Shown in pieces: positions 50,251-63,695 of a DNA stretch of 64,000 bases. Position numbers and translations under genes: made by a program. Below the pieces are notes generated by a model. The model was not told where the DNA came from. It made no database searches and was given only the letters and a program-made list of their open reading frames with translations. How positions within the stretch are numbered: the first letter of the stretch is position 1; the number at the start of each line of letters is the position of its first letter. The DNA is from Raillietiella orientalis (lineage: Eukaryota), in assembly GCA_036172245.1 (NCBI GenBank), contig JAYWIR010000077.1, forward strand, positions 124,001-188,000. The letters are read 5' to 3'.

Positions 50251-52579
50251 ACAAATCCTAATGGTTCTAGTGAGGCGCGTATCCGATCTTGCAAGAGTCG
50301 TTACGAGCTCCTGCTACCTGAGGAAATATTCTCCTAATCTGACTTCCGCAAAGCCTCATGCTGATGCAGAAATATATGAAGAGGTTCTTTCACTATTCAT
50401 CAGAGAGTGCATTAATTGGAGATCCTCCTTTCTGAGGCCTGATGGCATTTCTGGTTACGTGGAAGCTTCGTTCAAAGGGGAGGTGGACATGACTGGTGTC
50501 ATCAGTGCATCAGCGTGATTGCGTGTATCGGTAGGAGATTGGCCGTACCCATTGCTCTCGTCCTGCCTCTGGCTCTCTGCCCTTTCTCTTTTCCACAGGT
50601 AACCTCATCAATGATAGATTTACTTCAAGCTGCTGCTACCTTTGTTCCCCTTCGTTTTCGAAAAGATACAGTCTCCAGAGCTATCTCTGCTGCTTCTGTC
50701 TCTCCCAAAGAGGAAGACGACGATAAAGTTTTTGGATGATTGTGCGACTGCTGAGATCTGCAGAGGCATCGGCATGGCATCACTGCAAATAGTGCAACCA
50801 AAGGAGCCATTCTTTATGGGAAGCATAGGTAGACATATGTCTGCATAGTGACTCGCTCCATTGATGGGATGCTAAGCAACCAGAAATGAGAATCCTTGAA
50901 TGGATACCTTGAACTTATAAATAGGCAAAAACAAATGTATCCGTGACCTGTCAAGATTCCAAGTGCCTATCTTACGTGGAACATGGGAACAGATAGATAT
51001 CTGCAATAAGAATGCAGTAGCATTCGCATTATTCATGCAAATGTTATCTAAAGAGCTGATCCTTGCTAAAATAGGAAGACGGAAATTACTCATGCTCATT
51101 TACATCGCTTATTTATATTCACATCAGCTTAGCAGATCCTTAGGCTTCGTATGTATTTAACTTGATTTTCGACGGCATTGGACATTGCTCGTACGGAGCA
51201 AGAATCTAGTGTCCCCGATGATTGCAACTCAGGCCGTGTACATTGTTTTCATGTGCATCTTATCCCATACCAGTTCACAGCATCAGTTTCAAGATATGTC
51301 GTACAGGAATCGGATTATCCCTCCCTCGAAAATTTCTTTAAAGGGAAAGGCAAATTTGACCTTTCTTCAGTGCATACAACGACAATTTCATGAAAGTGAA
51401 AGGCAAACGAGAAGTTCGGTGTGCATCTAAAGTGACAAATGTGTGACTAATTCCTGAAATTGCATGGATGGGAAGGACTGAAATCACCATGATAATAAAA
51501 AAAAATTTGAATAGTGCTTTTCATTTAACCTTCGCAATATTCAAGGACGATATAAAAAAAGGCATAGAAGATTCACGAAAGGAACGATATCGGAAATTGC
51601 GAGAAACGAATGCTCAACAGGTGGGTGTGCACTGTTACTTGGCATGAATTTTCGACCACTTCGAAATCGGAAATCATAGTTTTCTTCCTGTCGATTTATC
51701 CTTGGACATCAGTCACCTGGATAAAGGAGGACTTTTTATCCATCTTTTCTGTATTTCTCAATGTCACTAGCTCTGCATGCCACTGGAGCTGCATGGACCG
51801 AGTTTGCGAGCGCTTACCAGGAGCTCAAGGTAATTGATGCAGATCATTTGTGAGCATATGCTTGTTATTCGATTTCCTCATTGAAATTGGAATCTGCTAT
51901 CATTGAACCACCCTACCAAGACGACTGTATTTCAATATTTAATTTTACGACTCGTGTGCCATGAATTGCAGAATGATTCCCATCTAAATATCCACTGAAC
52001 TCCCGAGACAGTTCTCAAAGTTTCCTGGATGCACCCTTCGGCATTTCTGCTAAGCACCAGAATGTTCTCTTTGCTGATTACATCCGAAACCAGCAGTCTG
52101 ACCTGTATAGCAAGGTTCCTTTTTCCTCCTCAGTAACAAGTGTCTTCGGAGAGAATGAACGCCATTTTGACATTTCAACGACGGAGGCAGTCGCAAATTC
52201 CGCTTCTGGATTTTCTTTTTGAACATAAAGATCTCAAACACAATTTCTCTGGAATCCCCTTAAAAGTATGGACGTAGTTCGGTCGGTGGTCCATCCTGTT
52301 TTTCAGCACTTGTTCCTGTAATACCATGTTTACGTGCGGACCATTCTGTTCCTGATGTTTCTCCTTGTTTCTTTTTTTGTTTAGGTTCATCAGTGTTCTC
52401 AATATCTCATCGTTTGCCGGATTCCACGATCTTGAGAACCCTACGACGAGCTCTTTCACTGTAGCCAGGCCCCCATTTTTTCTCAAATATTGAGAAGTCC
52501 ATAAGTTTTTTTGTGTCGGCCTCGGTAGTCGTGTGATTTGAAGAATTAGAAAGAAAGAAAATGATTAGATTAGAAACAG

Positions 52580-53760
52580 CATTTCCAGATAACGAAGAAA
52601 GTGGAGCTTCAGCGAGCCTCATTTGATGAGTTCAGATTAGAATGGAGTTAGTTTTCAGGGTCCCGATTGTAAGGAGCAATGATGAGAACGAATACCCCTC
52701 ACCCTTTTTCTTAAGCATTTCAAAGCATACAAATTCATCATTTCAAAGATTTGTTATGCTTGATTGAAGAATGGGAAGAATAGCGTTATTTAACACACGA
52801 AAGATTATAAACCACTGAGAAGGCTTATTCTCACAGCTCATGTCAAATCGAGCAGGATGTGGTCTTGACTGGACGCTGAAGAAAAATCTCAAGCAGAAAT
52901 GCAAGTTAAAAATCATTATATGGATCAAGGGACCAAGGAAAGGAGAACTGGTGCAATTGCTTTTGCATCTAACAGATTCCACAATCGACTCCAGGAGGGT
53001 TACAGGATAACCTGAAAACAAGGTTCATTGATATGGAGAAGCCAGCAACGAGAGGATCTGTACATCAGATACTTCTCTACAGAATCAAGGAAAAATCCTT
53101 CCACGAAGAAAGAGAGTTATGGAAAGATCAAGGGAATTGGTGAAGCAGAATAAGTAGCAGACGAACTGGAAGGATCATTGCGAAGCAGCAAACGAAGCAC
53201 AAAACAAAACGAGCTTGGAACCAGTGAGTACAGAACTGGCTCTGTAATGTGGAAATGAAATCTACTTTCATCGGATATCCAAATAACCCCTTTCTATTCT
53301 AGAGAGGGGGACTTCAGTTCCAGGCAGAACTGAAGAAATGGCCCTAGGACTCAAAAGAGTCTGTGGCGAAGTTCTTCAGCTTTGCCTAGCACTGAAATCA
53401 CCCATGATAGAATAAGAAACGGAAATATGCCGTTTTAAGTGCTCAGCACTAGACAAAGTCTAGAAGTAGGTAAAGCAAATCATGGATGCTTCAGGAAAGG
53501 AGGAAGACCATTTGTTGTTTCTCGCCTTCTTGATTGCAGCAGTATCGATAAGAAGGAACAAGGTCATCAAAGAGATGCAGTCGGTATCGAGCACTGAGGG
53601 GATGATAAAAAAGGGAACGACTCCTGAAAGTACGGAAACATACTAACATGGGTGCACCAGCATCTCCCTAATTGAATCAGCCTGCTCGTCTGAAAAGGAA
53701 GCTAAAATGGAAATCTTCTGGGCAAGAAATATAAATATGGGAAAAGTAAATGCTGTGATA
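52580..53760 (-). mobile_element. L1/Tx1-type LINE endonuclease and linker remnant
   Basis: SIMGDFSA (~53410-53388) and SRIERGYL (~53303-53280, SRIDR-like), then IFP*LSFFVEGFF (FN.SLL.D..F-like). Confidence 0.5.
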
Positions 53761-54858
53761 TTGACCACAAAAGAAACCGGCCTTGAGGTATAAACTCTTG
53801 ATAAATGCAAATGGAAACGATGTCGAGTACCATGACATCAAGTTAAATCAAGTCATCTCAGTCATTCCGAATGAGTACTTCTCGCCTTCTCTACCCCCAC
53901 GAAAAGTGAAGAGCATCTTTTGGGGGTAAACCCTCAAAAGATGCTCTTTCTGAAAGTGCAATCCTGCAGGTTTATGTTCCTGTCGTCTGGATTTCCTTTC
54001 CCTAGGAAGAGTAGCAGCCATGGGTGTTTTATTCTTCTATCCTGTTTTCGGTACGGTGAGATGGTGTTCGAGGAACACTACGATACGCGGATGAGCACAA
54101 GGTTCCAAAAAGGACGCCTGCAGCTACTTTTTGTTCCGCAGATCATTTTGCCCCGTCCTCTCAGGAGACGTCACTTTTCCAGAGGTTGGGGCAATCATTT
54201 TCGAATGCGGATCTCTGGATGTCGGCTTCGCATCTGAAGCAGGCATCTCTAACAGCAGTAGAACACAGGAGAGAAGTTGATTTGCAGCTATCCGGAAGAT
54301 TACAGAGAGTTGACATCCAGGGTCGCTTGCAAATCTGGGAATACAGAAAAGAGGAAAACTGAGGAAGATCTATCTTATATTGGAAAAGTTTACTTCCTGA
54401 GAAAACAGGCAAAAGAGGAACAAGAGGAAACGATTTTTTCGGAAAACGTGATTTCCATGGAGAGCAGGAGAGCCTCTCGAGTACTTGAAGTCCCTCTTAA
54501 AACTCGAGGAATGGGAACTTTGTCTGAAATTAAGGGAATATGTTCCCTTGATTCCAAACAAAGTTCTCATTCACCTATTTCCACAAACGGAGGGAGCTAC
54601 TTTCTGAGTTTCTTTGAACACCACCTCCCGTGAGGACAGAAATGGAGCATGGAAGCAATGAGCTTGAAAGCCCAGAAGTTCCGAGAACCTCCCCGCTTAG
54701 CACCGGAAATCTTGCAGTGACATTCTCAGGGACATGTCCACATGTCCCGGAAGACTTCGAATGTCGGAGGTCCGGATAATTTGATTGAGATCAGGAAAGG
54801 AAAGTGCCTTTTCTCTCAAGGCTGTTTTCTCCCCAACAACAAAGATGGACACGGCAAG

Positions 54859-55983
54859 TCAACGAAAAGCAAGCAGGAAGAATTCTTCCTGCTTACCCTT
54901 TGTCGACTCTTGACATCTTCCCTGTTTTCTCTCTTGCTCTTCTAAACCAAAGCAGACCCTTACCTTTTGAACGGAGCCTTCCGGTGTGCACATCTGGTAA
55001 TTATCTACAGCATTCGGCACTACTTCGACCTCTGCAGATTCATCTGCTGCATTATTCGAGCTCATCTTTTGAATGTTGGACTGAAGATCGCAAATCTTGA
55101 GATAGAGGATCTCTTTAACCTCCCTGATGTTGCTGGGAGAGATCTCGTTGGTTATACATTTCAGAGTGTTTATCAGCTCCTCCAAGCAGTTCGAGGCTTC
55201 CCGTATGACCCTCCCTCTGTTTTTCAGGATCCGGTTGAGATCGCCTATCTCTTGCTTGCGGATGCAGCTCTCCTCCTGGTACGTGGCATCGAGCTTCTGT
55301 ATCAGGCTATCCTTCTTCCTGTTTTCTTCTATCAGCTCGGTCATGGCTGCATATTTCTGGTCATTGATCCGCTTCAATGCCTCCACTTCCGCCTTGAGGT
55401 CGACAAGCTGCTGGTTCAGCAACTTGTTTGCCAGGAGTTGCTTCTCCCCTACTTCGACCTGCTCCTGGAGCTCCAGGATGTTCTGCTCCTTCAGCTGAAT
55501 CTGCTTCAGAAGGCAGCAGTAGTTGGTGGACAAGTCTTTGTTCTCCTTCTGCACCCTAGAGTAGACGTAGCGGCTCTGTTCCAGTTCATTGAGTAAGCTG
55601 CGCACCACATATTCTGGGGTCGCTTCGTCCTCTCCGACCTTGCTGATAATGTGCTGCGTCTCCGGCATCACCACGCTCTTCATTGTTTCTTCCAGAGTCC
55701 TTCTCAGGTCCTGATTTTTCTCCATGAGGTCTTCCAACTTCTTCTTCAACTGCTCCTCTGTTTTAAAGTTGTCCGTCTTTTCATAATCTTCTCCAAGTTT
55801 GTTCCTTTTAAATTCTTCCATGATTTGATCCATTTTGTTCCCGATGACTTCAAGAATGCCTTGGGTTTCTTTATCACCTTCCGTATATCTCTTGCCCTTC
55901 AACTCTGCCTTCAGCGCCTGGAGTTCTTCTTTCTGTGCCTCTACAGTGTCTTCGAGCCCTTGGATGTTCTCTTCTCTCTGCAA
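54859..55983 (-). CDS. 374-aa coiled-coil protein (probable exon or frameshifted gene)
   Basis: Uninterrupted E/K/L/Q-rich heptad-patterned ORF. It starts at TTG within TTTATTGCAG, a possible splice acceptor. There is an in-frame stop at 56001-55999 and an out-of-frame ATG at 56006. Confidence 0.7.
   Translation of the reverse strand: MQREENIQGLEDTVEAQKEELQALKAELKGKRYTEGDKETQGILEVIGNKMDQIMEEFKRNKLGEDYEKTDNFKTEEQLKKKLEDLMEKNQDLRRTLEETMKSVVMPETQHIISKVGEDEATPEYVVRSLLNELEQSRYVYSRVQKENKDLSTNYCCLLKQIQLKEQNILELQEQVEVGEKQLLANKLLNQQLVDLKAEVEALKRINDQKYAAMTELIEENRKKDSLIQKLDATYQEESCIRKQEIGDLNRILKNRGRVIREASNCLEELINTLKCITNEISPSNIREVKEILYLKICDLQSNIQKMSSNNAADESAEVEVVPNAVDNYQMCTPEGSVQKVRVCFGLEEQERKQGRCQESTKGKQEEFFLLAFR
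54871..54894. repeat. Perfect 24-bp palindrome
   Basis: AAGCAGGAAGAATTCTTCCTGCTT, with imperfect pairing extending about 13 bp further each side. Confidence 0.9.
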
Positions 55984-56749
55984 TAAACGAGTGATTTCTT
56001 ATCCATAGATCTAATTCCCAGATTTTAAATCCCTTTCCCCTGCCCCCTCTTTGCGCCTACGTCCTTCACGTTTCCGAAAATGTGATTCAAAGTGGTGATT
56101 TGTACCAGTTGCACAGTTTCACTGGTGAAATTCTGAAATTGATTTGATCAAATTCCTTCTATTTCATTTGTTTCCGATTCTTGAATTCCCTACCGTGTTT
56201 ATCGAATTCTAAAATCCGTTTTCTTCGTCCATTTTATCCATTTGTCATGTCATTTTGTATAAAGCAGCAAAATATTCCGTAAATTAAGGCAAAATCCCCG
56301 TTCCCTTTGCGCAGGTTCATTTAGAATCTTTTGCAGTTCTCGCTAAACACTACCCATGTTCTGGATAACCACGTGCATGACATAGGCAAGGTAAAGGTGA
56401 ACGCTCTCGCACATCTATTTTGTACAGCCACACCGATCCGAAAAAGCTTTGACAGCCTCAGACCCTTTCCAGTTAGCTGGATTGAGTTCCTGGATCTCTA
56501 TGCATATATGAATTCTCTTGTTCCGTTTGGAATTTCAGGAAGGCAGGCACACAGAATCACACATTTTGTTCTTGCTGCATGTTTTTTTCTAGGAAAGATA
56601 ATCCGTCATCGGATTGATGCCGAAGCAACTTCCGTAACGCAGAAGATTTGCAGTCTTGTAGATCGCAACTCTTGGTGACACTAACCTTTCATTCCAACTG
56701 GTTTGTTATGTGCAGCTTTCGGACCGTACCGTCCTTCCTCCTAGCTGCA

Positions 56750-57800
56750 GCTGCTGCAAGCGTGCTTCTGACAGTTCTTACTCGAAGTGTCTCATGCAAC
56801 CATTCTCATCCTCGGCCTCCTATTCCCTACAGATTGGAACCACCATCGCTGCCATCTCAAGATTATTGGGCTTAAGGATCGAGAATGCGTTTTCAAATTC
56901 TTAGAGGCAGGTTGGCTCCCTCCAAGGGTTGCCCCTCGCATCGTGAACTTTGCACGTTCTCTCGCGCGCCCCCTCCCCAAGCCCGTGGTTTCCATGCGTC
57001 GCACTCGAACCTTGCTGATCGGGAATCCGAGCATTCCCTGGAGTTGTCCTTCCTAGTCCTAAATACACTGTCCCTCTTCGCTGAATGATGGCTTCCCATT
57101 TCTCGCACTTTGACGAGAAATTCTTTCCGAACTGCCATTTGGGCGCAGGAGAGTTTCACTTCATTGGAAGACTGCGATTCATGGAGTGATTGATCCAAAA
57201 TCCTGCGAGAAGTGCATTTCTGATCCACCCCAAAACGAATACAATGAGATCAAGAAACAAGAAGGGTTGGTTTCCTCTATTGATTGATCAAAGAGTTTCC
57301 TTGATGTCAAATGGCAAACGACTGGTCTCCATTCGTACTTCTCCATATCGGGAGACTTCTTTGCTTCTCCGTTTTTCCCACTCCTCGTGTTCTCCCAAGC
57401 ACTTGACTGATGCGGCGGCAACCATTTAGATGATTCTTCGTCAGCGTCGGCCCTTCTCAAACCGTTGCTGCACCTCCCTGAGCTCAAGAACCTGAGTCAC
57501 TCAAGAGAATTACGCTATCATCTTTCTTGGAACCGCAACAACCGTATCCTCGGTCCACACTCTTTGCCGAATTTTGCGTGCTTTCTTCGTATGGTTCGCA
57601 TGTATGCATTCGTATGCATTTATTCGTGTTTGCTTTACGAGCTTTTCAACACTGTCCCCAGGATTGCGCACGCGTGAGGAGCATTTCTGCAACGGGAATA
57701 GTGTTTGTTCCACGTGGTCATTCGAGATGCTTCATCAGGGAGAGTTACTCAGAAGAGTTCCAAATGCAGACGGCATACGGACTCCCAGTATTGTTCCATC
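56750..57800 (-). pseudogene. PIF/Harbinger DDE_Tnp_4 transposase remnant
   Basis: In order: VDQKC..SLHES/IAVFQ*S (GS.HD..VF..S motif), GMLGFPI (GD.GYP-like) and EFENAFSILK (IE.AFG.LK motif, ~56895-56870). Confidence 0.55.
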
Positions 57801-58062
57801 CTAGGCATCAGCTTTTGATCAATCCAGGCTTCTAATGGTGGTTGCGAGGATGGATCACTTTCTTTGTAACTGGATGAAACGATGGAAAAATTTAATGATT
57901 TCACTGATTAGCATGGCAACGGAGAGGAGGAATTCATGTTTTTTTTTTTTTTTAAAAAAAAATCGAAACTGGTTGACGATTTTTAGAAAAGAGAACTGAA
58001 GAAAACAAGCTGATTATCTCGAGCGAAAGGCTGCATCTTAAAAGACAGAAACTCATGAGGAC

Positions 58063-58620
58063 GTGAAACTGTCCGAAGTATGCTCCAAGACATCAGCTGT
58101 TTTGAGAAACGAAGACCTTTTTGGAATGAAGAGAATCAAGTCAGTCGCTTCTGAGAGCGTAAGAACCACTTCCATCGATTTCCCTCGGCATCGCTTGGCA
58201 ACGATGCACCAGCTGATCAGCGAGATAACGGAAGAACCGTTTTGTCGAACCGGGAGAATCGTTGGAAGCCAGCACAACGGAGACCTCGAGAAGCGACGCA
58301 TTTCCTGCTCATGCCGAAATGACTCATCAAAATGGGTTCACTTTCGGGACGAGATAGTTGAAGCTCGTGACTCTGAAACTCGGCGCTCGCTATGGAGATG
58401 AGGAGCGCAACAGCCATTTCGATTGCCCGATACAATCACGCGTTTGGGCTGTCAGTGCTATTGTAACCGAGAGCCTGTCGAGGGTCTCTGGTGCTCTCAC
58501 CTCCAGTTTGTTCTTGTCGGATATCCATTTGTACCAGAAGAACAAGATGAGGAAGATGAAGATGGAAACGAGCACGAAAATCCAGGCAGAACTGTCACTC
58601 GAGGAGGAATTTGCTTCGGA
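58063..58620 (+). pseudogene. Possible Harbinger Myb/SANT-like partner ORF remnant
   Basis: SSKWVHFRDEI followed by an acidic stretch EEQDEEDEDG. Divergent from the transposase. Confidence 0.3.
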
Positions 58621-61600
58621 AGATGCCATCGAGGATTTCGTTCACAGACTTCAGAAGTTCCTGAAAAGTTTCTCAGAAGTTCATTCTGGCAAGAAATGAG
58701 CAATAGAGGTCATTCTAAAAACGGGTCCGCGATGTTCACACAAGAATTCAACAAGGGAGGAGGAGGAAGATTGACGAGAGAATCTCAGGGATTTCTCTTC
58801 TTTTCTTGACCAGAGTCTGCTGGAAAGAGACTCTCTTCCGACTCAATTCGATAAAAGCCAAGTCAGCTCGCAAGAGTGGACGGCCAGAAACCTCCACTCG
58901 TCTTTCGTATTTTCTCCGTGCAGCTTCACAGGCGTCACCGAGGAACGGGGAGCACTCAAAACAACGATCGAAGCGGTCAAGGATTCGGTTCTTCACGACT
59001 TTGGCACTTTCGAGAAACCGATAAAGCAGAAACAGGAAAACAGAGGGCATTCCGATAGTGTAAGAGCACAATTTTGAGGAGAGGTACTTTTTTCCTATTT
59101 GATCTACTCCCTCTTCATACCTTGGAAGAGAGGGGCATCGCTTAGGAGGCATCTAGCATATCTAGCGTCAGAAAGATAAAGAGAGAGCACTTCCCTGTGG
59201 AGCTTCTCTCTTGGTCTTTTTTTGTCTCTCGCTGCCTCCGATAGAAGCATGGAGCAGGTGGAAGGATCTTTGACTTCGCACTCAACATTGCAGTGTCTTT
59301 CGAGGCCGGAATTCGCCACTGGAATCACTTGACTTGTAGCTTGGCAACCAATAGCAAGAGTCACCCTGCCACCACCGGTAGCAACGATGTGCACGTCTTC
59401 AATCAAGAGCATCACGTCGTCGATATTGGCCTCGAGTGGCCATCGAAAATTATTCTGACCCTGGCGAAAACGGCTCTTCCATGCATTAGATGGAGGGCAG
59501 CACTAGCATCAAGTAGAACAGCATCCCTCCAGTCCTTGGATCCATGTGCTGACTCCCTAACTTTGCGGTTTGATTGATTCTCATCATCGAAGCGAAGCGG
59601 AGCACGGTTGCGCGCGCGCAGGCAGCGTTGAGCACCTCTAATCTTCCGGGTGTTCTTCTGGGACCTTGGACATTAGAAATTCCTCACCGTAATTTTTGCA
59701 GGGAATTCATCTGGAAATTTTGCTTTCCCGAGGGATAATTTTTGAAGTACAAAACGCCGATGAGCGTGCTTGAAGAAAACAACACAAATTTTCACACCGT
59801 CACCATGGCTTCCGGATGGCTTTAGAAATCATTGTTTTCGGAGGGGGCGAGCTGCGGGGCCATGAGATGAAAAACAAAGATGGAGGCTGTTTATCGAAAG
59901 CCTTGCTTGTTTGTTTGTCTTTCTTTTTGGGGGGGACTGAAGGGATGGAGGGAGAAAGGAAGATGGTCCCCATCCCACTGCTCTTCGAGTACAAAAAGCG
60001 GATGCGAACATCTCTGACCGGATTCGGCTTTCATCCAGTTTCTTGCAGCTCTGCCTCTCGGGGTCCACAAGCGGTCTGCGTGGAGGTTGCCAGATAGCTT
60101 CCCTCTATTCCCTCCTGAGACATGAAACCCTCTTCAAGAGAGAAGAGCTTCACAGCATCTCTCAAAGAAGCATCACGCCGAAGGAAAAAGCGGTTTCCTG
60201 GAGTTCCGTGAAAGTGCTCATGAGTATCTGATGAAAACGCTCTTCTACTCTTGATATCACTGTGAAGAGGCTAGCAAACCGCTCCTGAATTCGTCGCGCG
60301 TATTTTCAGGCAAGTGGTCATCACCTACCGTTGGTAGCTTTCCTGTCAAGCGAGCGAAATGGAAGACGCAAACGAGGTCAAGCGGGTCAATACATCGGCC
60401 TCCACTCGTTTGAAAAGCAAAGTGAAGATCCGGTGAAGGAGCAATCCTTTGATAAGGATTGCTGAGGAGTTGGAACTTTCTCAGTTACTTTGATAAGGCA
60501 ATTGATGATTTCTGAAATACCACTCTGCTGATCTCAGAAAAAGAGAGAGGAGGTTGTGAAGACTACCTGGATCTCTCCTCCAGAAGAGATACAATGAGCT
60601 GTGAATTTTGAATAGAGATTTCGCAAGTAACAGGCAAGTGTTTATTTCTTGGAACTGCTATGGAAAGTGCAACCTCGCTAAGTATTTCAAACCAAAGCGA
60701 AGATTCTGTTCTCGTATTCTATCTGTTCCCTGCATTTATTGAGGCGCTGTTTATATCATTCAGAAAGGTCGTTTGGTCTCTTGTTGTCTTCTAGCTGGTT
60801 AGAATTTAAGGTTTATCCTGATAGATAATATTCCAAGATATCACTGTGGATGTGCTGTTAGAATGAGTTTCGGAACCAACAAAAGTAGCTCATATGATGA
60901 TGATGATGATATGATAAAGCTTTCTTTTGGATGATAAAGTGCTTTAAAGAAATAACGGAATTTGCAAAAGAAGGCTTTGTTATTTCTTTCCTAGTACTCT
61001 TAGACAAGGAACAGAGGTCATTGAAAAAGTATCTTAAATGCTAAAAAGGGATGTCCAGCTTTCTGAAATATAAAATAATCAATAATGCCAAGAGACTGTT
61101 TCTTGCAAAGCAGAAATGCTGGGAATTGATGCATCCTGCTTTTATTCATTCACATTGATATACATTTTTAATAAGTCGTTCCTTTACGTTTTCAATGAGT
61201 AGGCCCCTTTCAAGTAAAGGGACCTGCTAGATGTCACTATTAGAAGGGAAAAGCAGCTAAAGCTGGCCTATCAGTGTGTTAAAATGATGTCATTGTATCG
61301 TAAAAAAAAACCTGAAAAATTTATCATAAACCATCTTTAGTTTCGTTTTTCATCTTGGAAAGCTTTCCTCCTAATAATGCAATTGATTAAGAATCCAATA
61401 TGTTTACAATAATGAGGCAAACTTATTTCGAAAACCATGGATTATTAAAATATATATTGCATAATTACATTTAAATATGTATTGTCTGTTTCAAATGTGA
61501 GTTCATTTTATGGATAGAGCACAGCATCCCCATTTAGCTGAAGCTCCACAGATTTTCCACTCAAGACACTACTGAGTGTTGAATGAGCTGAAAGGTTGAG

Positions 61601-63695
61601 ATGATTAATTGAAAATTCAAGTTATTCCCTTCAAACAGCAGTAAACAAGGCAATATGAAAAACAATTTTGCATGCTGGGTGATGAACTGCTTGAATCTTT
61701 AGGTGTGCAAGAGACTGCTATTCTTTTTCTAGTTACCAAAGATACTTTGGTTTATTCTAAAAAGCAAAACCCAGCTCTATCCTATCAGCAATGCATATAA
61801 GACTGCAGCTATCATACATAGAATTCCTTTGGTATAAAAAGCAATATGGGAACAATAGTTATGTGGACTTTATCAAAGCTACCTTATTCAAATGATCATG
61901 CATCTATCAGAAATTTCATCCTTGCCAAACAGTTTTCATCATGCAGTTAAATATACAATTCTTGATTCCTGAGAAATACTTCACTTATTTCTTATTTGAT
62001 ATGCATTTAGTTTTATAAAATCGCTTTGCATCTAGCTGCTAATATACTAATTTTCAGTGCACACACTCCAAAATCATTTTCCCCAAGGATACATTAAGGG
62101 CTCTGCATCCTTAGTCTGACTCTCAAGAAAAGGATCTGTATTAAATTCTAATGCTTAGGGTGTTATGAGTGACCATAGCAAATAATCCACGGTTGGAAAA
62201 ACTGTGATTCATTTTCCATTTATTTTCAACATGTGTGCGAGGGAGAAAAAGGATCCTTTTCACAATGAAGTGTATATCTAATAGAAATGAAAACTCGGAA
62301 TTTTCATTGCAGATATGCATATCTGATCATACTGTTTACTGATCAGTAACTTTCATTTCTATTCAGAAGGCATTAAAAATCATTACTTAGCAAAAACAGT
62401 AAACAGCAAATGAATCCTCTGCTTCCAACAACAACAAAAAATTAAGCAGCATTTTTTCGGAGTATGGACATATGATTCAGATTAAGCTCACCCTCTCCTC
62501 CCTATTTGGATGAAATAAAAGCTGAAATAGAGTGGAAGTGTAAATTAGCTTCTCTTTGCTCACAGACAAGATATGCCCCAATGTTGGTGATGAATCATCA
62601 AACTCAAGCATAAAACAGGTTGCACAAAACTGTAAAGTGCTCCCCTTAAAAAAAAAAAAATATAAAACAAAGATCTAGACTGCCATGCATTTCACTAGAT
62701 ACCAAAAAATGCTCACTTTGAATACATTTGCAATAGTGAAGCTCTCCCATTTTCTAGATGATGCTTCAGAATGTGTAAAGCCACCTAATAAAAGGGTAAG
62801 TAGATATCTTATAGGAGACCTAAGACTAATGGTAATAAGTGGACAATGAGCCACTGCAGCATGAACTACATTTGTTTAAAAGAATTCATTTTGACAGAAA
62901 AGATTATTTTATTGCAACACAGTAAAAACAATGTTATGAGCTGTTAATAAATATGCATTCAGTGAAAAGGAATTTTTGTAAAATCATTTTCAAGGCGTTA
63001 GAAGCAACATTTCCGACTATGCCACCTGCAGGCCCTCAAATATTCGTCTTTGGAAAACTGTATCAAAATATTTGAGTTTTCAAACTCAAATTAATGCAAA
63101 TAAGAGAAAAGTCTAAAATCTATTCATTGATATCACGAAAATGACTACATCCAGAACAGAAGCCAACATTATCAACATTTCGGGAAAATTGTTAAAATGC
63201 TCTTTTTACCACAGAATATTAGACATTATTCAAGTGATCATGTTGTCCATGTACATGCTTGTTTAGTCAGTTTTGTATGGACTTGCTTCTATACCTTGAA
63301 ACAGACACATACTGCAAGTAAAATTATTAGTTAATGGAAATATTGCTTGTCGAACCTCACATTATTCTCGAATCGCAGTTTTTCAAAGAACTTCATCATA
63401 CTTTTTATATATGTATCCCATTCTCCAAAGAAACCAATGCTATAGTGTAGCATTTAGCTATTTGAATATGGGAAAGCACTGGAAAAGTTTAATTCAAACA
63501 ATGGATGTAACGTGTGCTGTGACCAGCTAACATATATTCATGTATAGTTTGATTGCATACCGAATCTTAATATGGTGTCATGGAAGCAATTACACAGAAA
63601 ATTTTGACTGGTGACGTTTCGAATCAGTTTTGAAATGCTGTCAGTAAAGATGCAAATTTATGCTTCAGCTTTTACATGAGCTAATGAATGTCCTC

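Noticed and set aside
60300..63690. AT-rich ORF-free stretch
   Set aside because: No recognisable motifs; treated as intergenic or intronic.
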